Of a DNA stretch of 22,796 nt, positions 16,945 through 22,796 are shown one piece after another. The DNA is from Armatimonadota bacterium. GTDB lineage: Bacteria; Sysuimicrobiota; Sysuimicrobiia; Sysuimicrobiales; Humicultoraceae. The stretch is taken from the NCBI GenBank assembly GCA_037443365.1, contig JBBIOM010000013.1, positions 26,896 to 49,691 on the forward strand, given 5' to 3'. The notes under the pieces were generated by a model. That model had not been told where the DNA came from. It ran no database searches and saw nothing but the letters and a program-made list of their open reading frames with translations. The position numbers and the translations under genes are program-made. The stretch's first letter is position 1; each line of letters starts with the position of its first letter.

Positions 16945-18882
16945 CTACTCGCGGGCGCCAGCGTTGAGCCGGCGGAAGCGCTCGATCTGATCCGGCAGCC
17001 CCACGAGCGTCACCCGGTCACCAGGGACCAGGACGGCCTCGGGCGGCGGGTTCCAGTGCGGCTCACCTCCGGGCCGCTCGATGCCGACCACGGTCACGCC
17101 GGTGCATTCCCTGATCCGCGCGCGCCGCAGCGACTGGTGCGCAAGGGGGCCCTCCGCGATCTGCGCGGTCGCTACCTGGAGCATGCCTGCCCCGGAGGCG
17201 TCCTCAAGCGCGCGTGCTCCCGGCCGCTCCAGTTCGCGCAGCCGCCGCAGGTAGGTGCGGACCTCCACCGAGGGCAGGGCCAGGCGGTGTAGTGTGTGGT
17301 CCACGAGCGTCATTCCCGCCTCGACCTCCGGGAGGATGGCCTCGGCGGCTCCGGATGCGAGCAATTCCTCCCGGTCCTCGCGCGAGTGCGCGCGTGCGAC
17401 GACCGCGATTCCCGGGTTCTGGGCCCGCAGCCGGCGTATCGCCAGCGCCGCCTTGACACTGTCGGGTATGGCCATCACCGCAAGGCAGGCGTCCGGTGCG
17501 CCGGCCTCGCGCAGGGCTATCTCGTTTGCCGCGTCCCCCAGCACGGCCGGGATGCCGCGTTCGCGCAGGGCCCGCACGACGCTGGGGTCGAAGTCCACCA
17601 CGGCAAAGGCGATGCCGAAGCCCTCGAGCGCCTCTCCGATTGTGCTTCCCACGCGGCCGTATCCAGCAATGAGCACCGTGGGGGGCCGCGGCTTGGGGTG
17701 GGGAACGAGCGTGCGCGCCCACCGGTCCGTCCAGCGCTCGAGCGGCCGGCTGCGCCGGAAGGCCAGCGCGTTTACGAGCAGGGTGAGAAGCGACGTGGCC
17801 AGCAGGGCGCCGTGCACCTCCGCGGAGATCAGTCCGGCCGACCGGCCCAGTTGCGCGATCACGAATGAGAACTCACCTATCTGGCCCTGGCCTACCCCGA
17901 CGGCCACCGCGACCGGCAGCGGGCTTCGGAATACGAGCGTCACCCCCGTCCAGATCAATGTCTTGGCAAGCAGCACAACGCCTGCCATCTGCAGCAGCAG
18001 GGCCGGCCGCTCCAGCAGCGATCGCGGGTCGATCAGCGTCCCGACCGAGACGAAGAAGACCGCGACGAACAGGTCGCGCAGCGGCAGGACGCGGGCCAGC
18101 GCCTCGGCGGTGTACTCGGACTCGCTTATCACCAGCCCGGCCAGGAACGCGCCGAGCGCGAGCGAGAGCCCCAACCCGGCGGACAGGGCCGCGGTGCCGA
18201 TCCCGATCGTCACCGCCACGAGCAGGAAAAGCTCGGCGTTCTGCGCGTGCGCGATCCGCCCAAGCAGAGCGGGCACCAGCCGGTCGGCCAGCAGGAAGAA
18301 CACCGCGAGGACCAGGGCCGCGCGTGCCATGGCACTTGCGAGACCCGCGGCGGGCGCGCCCTGCGCCGAGGCGAGCGCCGGGATCAGGAAGAACGCGGCC
18401 ACGACCATCAGGTCCTGGGAGAGCGAGATGCCGATAGAGGCCCGGCCCACCGGTCCGTTCAGGTCGCCCCGCTCCGCCAGCAACTTCGCCAGGGCCATGG
18501 TGCTGCAGACCGCGAGCGCCAGACCGGTGACCGCGCCCGACGCAGGGGACGCCCCGGAGGCCAGCATGAGCACGGTCGCGAGGCCGACGATCGCCGCCAC
18601 CCCAAGCGGCGCGCCGACCGCAGCCAGCGCGCGCACCTTCCACAACTCGCGCAGCGAGAACTCGATCCCCAGCGCGAACATCAGCAGCACAACGCCGAAC
18701 TCGGCGAACAGGTGGAAGGTGGCGCTCCCGGAGATCACTGGCCCGGCAAGCGCGGTTATGAGCAGCCCGCCGGCTATGTAGCCTACGAACGCGGGTTGCC
18801 GCATCCACCGGGCCAGGGCGCCGCCTGCCACCGCCGCCGCGAGCAGCAGCGCCAGGTCGCGGAAGAAGACGGTCTCCGTCAC
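16945..18882 (-). CDS. Cation:proton antiporter, CPA2 family (YbaL/KefB-like), with TrkA-N and TrkA-C domains
   Basis: Multi-TM N-terminal domain (AEFGVVLLMFALGIEFS, SLALGAFLAG, LRDLFVAVFFVSVG, QIGEFSFV), TrkA-N (IAGYGRVG...GDA) and TrkA-C (GVTVVGIERPG...NPPPEAVLVPGD). GTG start overlaps the upstream TGA. Confidence 0.93.
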   Translation of the reverse strand: MTETVFFRDLALLLAAAVAGGALARWMRQPAFVGYIAGGLLITALAGPVISGSATFHLFAEFGVVLLMFALGIEFSLRELWKVRALAAVGAPLGVAAIVGLATVLMLASGASPASGAVTGLALAVCSTMALAKLLAERGDLNGPVGRASIGISLSQDLMVVAAFFLIPALASAQGAPAAGLASAMARAALVLAVFFLLADRLVPALLGRIAHAQNAELFLLVAVTIGIGTAALSAGLGLSLALGAFLAGLVISESEYTAEALARVLPLRDLFVAVFFVSVGTLIDPRSLLERPALLLQMAGVVLLAKTLIWTGVTLVFRSPLPVAVAVGVGQGQIGEFSFVIAQLGRSAGLISAEVHGALLATSLLTLLVNALAFRRSRPLERWTDRWARTLVPHPKPRPPTVLIAGYGRVGSTIGEALEGFGIAFAVVDFDPSVVRALRERGIPAVLGDAANEIALREAGAPDACLAVMAIPDSVKAALAIRRLRAQNPGIAVVARAHSREDREELLASGAAEAILPEVEAGMTLVDHTLHRLALPSVEVRTYLRRLRELERPGARALEDASGAGMLQVATAQIAEGPLAHQSLRRARIRECTGVTVVGIERPGGEPHWNPPPEAVLVPGDRVTLVGLPDQIERFRRLNAGARE

Positions 18883-19844
18883 GTGGGCGCGCCAGGAGCA
18901 ACAGGCGGCGTCGCCATTGTGTAGCGCGCCACCCCTTCCTTGCGCTCGATCGCCAGACGCCCGGCCGCCTCGAGCAGGTCGAGGTGTCCCAGCACCTCGG
19001 AGAGCCCCAGGATCAGGTTAGCCGGGCCCAGGCCTGGGAACCAGGCCGCGGCGATCTCGCGGATCGTCCACTCGCGCCCTGCGAGCATGCAGGCCAGGCG
19101 ATCCTCGCGCGCCGCGTGGTGCGCGAGGAGCTCGCGGGCGCGCCGCGCAGGCTCTGGAATGGGATCGCCGTGTCCCGGGTAGGTGATCGCGGGGTCCAGG
19201 GCCGCGAGGCGCCGCAGCGACGCGAGCAGTGCTGGGAGGGTGCGGATCCTGCCACCGTCGGCGTCGAACTCCACCAGCGGGTTGGGGCTTATCTCCTCGA
19301 GCAGCAGGTCACCCGAGATGAGCGCGCCGCCGTCTTGGAGGCAGATGTGCCCCTGCGCGTGCCCCGGGGTGTGCAGCACCATGAGCGCGCCGTCCGCCAG
19401 TGGAAGCACGTCGCCGTCGCACAGCAGAACCTGCGGCGCTACCGGATCGAAGTGATCGCGATACCTTCCCAGCGCCTCCAGCAGGGCGTCGGCCACGCCG
19501 GGCGCGAAGCCGGCGTCGGCCAACAGCGATCGCATCGGCTCCGCGAGCGCGCGTCCCCCGGTCATCTTGAGGGCGTCGCCCGCATGGGCGCAGACCTGCG
19601 CGCCGCTCTGTGCGGCGACCACGCCGGCCAGCCCGAAGTGGTCCATGTGCCCGTGCGTGATCACCAGGCGCTCGATCTGCCCCAGGCCCGATCCGGCCTG
19701 CATCAGGCCCGCCTCCAGGGCCTCCAGGGCCTCGGGCGTCTTGGGCCCGCAGTCCACGAGCGTTACAGGTGGCCCCGGCAGCAGATACGCGTTGACCGGG
19801 CCGACCGGATAGGGTGTGGGTATGGCAAGCGACCTGATGCGCAT
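18879..19844 (-). CDS. MBL-fold metallo-hydrolase (321 aa)
   Basis: IPTPYPVGPVNAY, LVDCG, THGHMDHFG (HxHxDH), HTPGHAQGH, SGD and PGHG. Start trimmed to ATG 19844. Confidence 0.9.
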   Translation of the reverse strand: MRIRSLAIPTPYPVGPVNAYLLPGPPVTLVDCGPKTPEALEALEAGLMQAGSGLGQIERLVITHGHMDHFGLAGVVAAQSGAQVCAHAGDALKMTGGRALAEPMRSLLADAGFAPGVADALLEALGRYRDHFDPVAPQVLLCDGDVLPLADGALMVLHTPGHAQGHICLQDGGALISGDLLLEEISPNPLVEFDADGGRIRTLPALLASLRRLAALDPAITYPGHGDPIPEPARRARELLAHHAAREDRLACMLAGREWTIREIAAAWFPGLGPANLILGLSEVLGHLDLLEAAGRLAIERKEGVARYTMATPPVAPGAPT

Positions 19845-19876
19845 ATCCCCGGGCCCTGCGATCAACGGCCTGCCTG

Positions 19877-20656
19877 CTAGGCGGCCGTCAGGCCTCCGTC
19901 TATGGCCAGCACCTGGCCTGTGATGTATCCGCCCGATGGGGACAGCATGCACAGGGCGGCCCCAAGCAGGTCGTCCATCGTTCCGGTTCTTCCGGCGGGT
20001 ATGCGGTCGAGGAGCGCCTGCCCGGCCCGCTCGATCACCGCCGCGGACATCCGGGTCGGGATGAACCCTGGGGCGATCGCGTTGACGGTCACCCCGTGCC
20101 GCGCCCACTCCACGGCCAGCGCGCGCGTCAGGGCTATCATGGCGCCCTTGCTCGCGGCGTACCCCGCGGCCGCCAGGACCTCGGGCGGAGTGCCTGCCAG
20201 GCCGGCCACCGAGGCCACGTTGAGGATGCGGCCGTACCGCCGGGCTATCATGCCGCGCCCGACGGCCTGGCACATTAGGAAGGCGCCCGTGGCGTTGGCC
20301 TCGAGCACCTCGCGCCAGCGCTCGACCGGCATGGCCTCGGCCGGAGCGCCCCAGGTGCGGCCGGCGGCGTTCACCAGTATCGAGATGTCTCCCAGGCTGG
20401 ACGCGGCCGCATCCACGACGCGCGCGACCTGCTCGGCGTCGGCGACATCCGCGCAGAACGCGGCGCAGTCAACGCCTGCCTCGCGCAGGGACTGCTCCGC
20501 GGGCGCCAGCCACTCGGCCCGGCGCGCCACGATCCCCACCCGGGCGCCGGCTGTCCCGAGCGCCCCTGCTATCGCCAGGCCTATGCCGCGCGAGCCGCCC
20601 GTGACGAGCGCTGCCTGCCCACGCAGGCTGAATAGGCGTTCGATGAGGGTGTCCAT
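19877..20656 (-). CDS. Classical short-chain dehydrogenase/reductase (gluconate 5-dehydrogenase/FabG-like)
   Basis: TGGSRGIG, VNAAG, NVAS, YAASK, NAIAPGF and ITGQVLAIDGG. Confidence 0.93.
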   Translation of the reverse strand: MDTLIERLFSLRGQAALVTGGSRGIGLAIAGALGTAGARVGIVARRAEWLAPAEQSLREAGVDCAAFCADVADAEQVARVVDAAASSLGDISILVNAAGRTWGAPAEAMPVERWREVLEANATGAFLMCQAVGRGMIARRYGRILNVASVAGLAGTPPEVLAAAGYAASKGAMIALTRALAVEWARHGVTVNAIAPGFIPTRMSAAVIERAGQALLDRIPAGRTGTMDDLLGAALCMLSPSGGYITGQVLAIDGGLTAA

Positions 20657-20664
20657 GGTGGTTC

Positions 20665-20728
20665 ATTCCGGCCGGGCGCGCGATCTCCTGTTCACCGGCC
20701 GGCAGGAAGCACGGCCCGCGCGGAGTAT
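20665..20728. promoter_or_regulatory. Back-to-back divergent sigma-H-like promoters
   Basis: Minus strand AGGA (20689-20686)-N17-GAAT (20668-20665) ends 8 nt before the SDR ATG. Plus strand AGGA (20704-20707)-N17-GTAT (20725-20728) ends 12 nt before the ligase ATG. Confidence 0.5.
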
Positions 20729-20740
20729 CAAGCAGTACCC

Positions 20741-22567
20741 ATGGTTATCACGCTGCCCCGACCAACGCTAACCGAAACCATCCCCGGGCTGTTCTTCGCG
20801 CAGGCGGCCCGGCAACCCCAGCGCGTGGCGCTGCGGCGCAAGCGCTTCGGGATATGGCACCGCATCACCTGGGAGGAGTACGCGAGCGTGGTCCGGCAGG
20901 TGGGCAACGCCCTGCTGGCGCTCGGCGTGGAGCGGGGCGAGCGGGTGGGCCTCATCGGCGAGAACAGGCCGGAGTGGCTCTACGCCGACATTGGCATTCA
21001 GGCCTGCGGCGGTGCCACGACCGGGATCTACACAACCAGCAGCCCCGAGCAGACCCACTACATCCTGGAGCACGCCGGCTGCAGGGTGTTCATCGTGGAG
21101 AGCGAGGAGCAGCTCGACAAGGCCCTCGAGGTCCGCGACCGGCTGCCGCTATTGCGGCACATCGTCGTCATGGACCCGGAGGGCCTGCGGACGTTCCAGG
21201 ACCCCATGGTCATGATGTGGGATCAGTTCCTGGCCCTCGGGCAGGATCACGCGCGCCGTCGCCCGACCGCCCTGGACGACCGCATGGCCGAGATCCGGCC
21301 CGAGGACATGGCTGTGCTGATCTACACGTCGGGCACGACCGGGCCTCCCAAGGGCGCGATCCTGACCCACCGGAACATCACCTGGACCACGGAGGCCGTG
21401 GACAAGGCCAATCAGATCAAGCCCTCCGACGAGCTTCTCTCGTACCTGCCGCTGTCGCACATCGCCGAGCGGCAGTTCTCGGTATTCCTGCCGATCCGGT
21501 GGGGCTACACGGTCAACTTCATCGAGAACGTTGACACGGTCATGCAGAACTTCGCCGAGGTGAGGCCCTCCCTGGTGTTCGGGGTGCCGCGGATCTGGGA
21601 GAAGATCTTCTCGGCGGTCACGCTGCGGATCAAGGAGAACGACATCTTCAAGCGGATGGCGTACTGGGCCGCGATCGGGATCTCGTACCGGGCGGCGCGG
21701 CGGCGCTTCGCCCGACGGCCCGTCCCGGCCTGGATGAGGGCGGCCTCCCGCCTGGGCGGCCTGCTGGTGCTCGGGCCGCTGCGCAACCGGCTGGGGCTGG
21801 ATCGCGTGCGGCTGGCGTACTCCGCAGGCGCGCCCATCTCGCCCGACCTGCTGCTGTACTTCTGGGCCCTGGGCGTGCCGGTCCGCGAGATCTACGGGCA
21901 GACCGAGGACTCGGGGCCGACATCGTTGCACCAGGGCGACGCCGTCAAGCTCGGCACCGTTGGCCATCTGGTGCCTGGCACCGAGGCCCGCATAGCCCCG
22001 GACGGCGAGATCCTGGTGCGCGGCCCCCACGTCTTCACCGGCTACTTCCGCGATCCCGAGGCGACCGCCGCGGCGCTCTTGGACGGCTGGCTGCATTCGG
22101 GCGACATCGGCGAGTTCGACGAGGAGGGGTACCTGCGGATCACCGACCGCAAGAAGGACCTGTTCGTCACCTCGGCCGGCAAGAACATCGCCCCGCAGTA
22201 CATCGAGAACAAGCTCAAGGCGAGCCCCTACATCAACGACGCGGTCGCGATCGGCGACCGCCAGCGCTACATCGTGGCCCTGGTAGTGATTGACGAGGAG
22301 AACGTCACCAAGTGGGCGCAGGATCGCCGCCTGCCGTTTACGACCTACAGCGACCTGGCCGCCAACCCCGACGTGCGCGCGCTCATCGAGGGCGAGGTTG
22401 CCGAGGTCAACAAGACCCTCTCCTCGCCCGAGCAGGTGCGGCGCTTCGCCATCCTCCCGAAGCGGATGTACGCCGAGGAAGGCGACGTGACGCCGACGCT
22501 CAAGGTGAAGCGCAAGACCATCATGGAGAAGTACAAGGACGTAATCGCGGAGCTGTACAGGGGGTAG
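20741..22567 (+). CDS. Long-chain fatty acid--CoA ligase (AMP-dependent synthetase, FadD15/FAA1-like)
   Basis: AMP-binding motif IYTSGTTGPPKG, LSYLPLSHIAE, GVPRIWEK, YGQTE, GWLHSGDIG, ITDRKKD, GKNIAP and TPTLKVKR. Confidence 0.93.
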   Translation: MVITLPRPTLTETIPGLFFAQAARQPQRVALRRKRFGIWHRITWEEYASVVRQVGNALLALGVERGERVGLIGENRPEWLYADIGIQACGGATTGIYTTSSPEQTHYILEHAGCRVFIVESEEQLDKALEVRDRLPLLRHIVVMDPEGLRTFQDPMVMMWDQFLALGQDHARRRPTALDDRMAEIRPEDMAVLIYTSGTTGPPKGAILTHRNITWTTEAVDKANQIKPSDELLSYLPLSHIAERQFSVFLPIRWGYTVNFIENVDTVMQNFAEVRPSLVFGVPRIWEKIFSAVTLRIKENDIFKRMAYWAAIGISYRAARRRFARRPVPAWMRAASRLGGLLVLGPLRNRLGLDRVRLAYSAGAPISPDLLLYFWALGVPVREIYGQTEDSGPTSLHQGDAVKLGTVGHLVPGTEARIAPDGEILVRGPHVFTGYFRDPEATAAALLDGWLHSGDIGEFDEEGYLRITDRKKDLFVTSAGKNIAPQYIENKLKASPYINDAVAIGDRQRYIVALVVIDEENVTKWAQDRRLPFTTYSDLAANPDVRALIEGEVAEVNKTLSSPEQVRRFAILPKRMYAEEGDVTPTLKVKRKTIMEKYKDVIAELYRG

Positions 22568-22621
22568 AGAGAAGAGCGCGACCATCGCTGGCCACCACAC
22601 GCCCTGTCCAGGAGGAAAGCC

Positions 22622-22657
22622 ATGAGAGGGGCGACGTTCCTTTTGAGAATCTCGTGA
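22622..22657 (+). other. 11-codon ORF (MRGATFLLRIS) with a strong RBS; small peptide or truncated gene remnant
   Basis: AGGAGG at 22610-22615, a 6-nt spacer, ATG at 22622 and TGA at 22655-22657. Confidence 0.35.
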
Positions 22658-22796
22658 GCCAGCAGCGGCGGAGCGCGCTGGCGTCAACCACGACCTGGCG
22701 CGTCACGTACCTTTCAAGTGGACAGCATAGTGGTGCGATTAGCGGGCAGTACAGGCCGGTGAGGAAAAGCCGACTCGCCGAGCCCAAGTTGGGTCA

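Noticed and set aside
18879..19844. MBL-fold gene as a beta-lactam resistance determinant
   Set aside because: It has no signal peptide and sits in a metabolic operon. HxHxDH is shared across the whole superfamily.
19845..20273. Apparent 143-aa N-terminal extension of the MBL hydrolase, suggesting an SDR-MBL fusion or frameshift
   Set aside because: The extension is an off-frame reading of the SDR gene, which ends normally with its own TAG. The hydrolase begins plausibly at ATG 19844.
22658..22796. Possible riboswitch or ncRNA in the terminal non-coding stretch
   Set aside because: Only short hairpins are visible (e.g. GCCAGC...GCTGGC at 22658-22682) and I recognise no aptamer consensus. 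An Rfam/Infernal scan including downstream sequence would be needed.

Overview
GC-rich (roughly 70% by eye) bacterial chromosomal segment, densely packed with housekeeping, transport and signalling genes. I found no rRNA, tRNA, CRISPR array, transposase, integrase or phage gene. Left to right: (-) a GbsR/MarR-type regulator, a LolC/E-FtsX-like ABC permease and the 5' end of a secreted, possibly LolA-like protein; (-) a tandem-GNAT acetyltransferase; (+) an M20 metallopeptidase; (-) aconitase A overlapping a saccharopine-dehydrogenase-like oxidoreductase; (+) a secreted glycerophosphodiester phosphodiesterase; (-) a Spy/CpxP-like periplasmic protein; (+) a PAS-4xGAF-HD-GYP phosphodiesterase; (-) a three-gene Fe3+/polyamine-class ABC importer with a PgtC-like binding protein; (-) an SDR, MBL-fold hydrolase and CPA2/TrkA antiporter operon; (+) a long-chain acyl-CoA ligase followed by an orphan 11-codon ORF with a strong RBS. 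I cannot support a clearly new multi-gene system. The most notable unexplained signals are regulatory: a recurring sigma-H-like AGGA-N17-GAAy motif before four or five transcription units, probable leaderless starts, two perfect direct repeats at promoter positions, and a palindromic operator over a TTGACA promoter. Family calls come from recognised motifs, not database searches.
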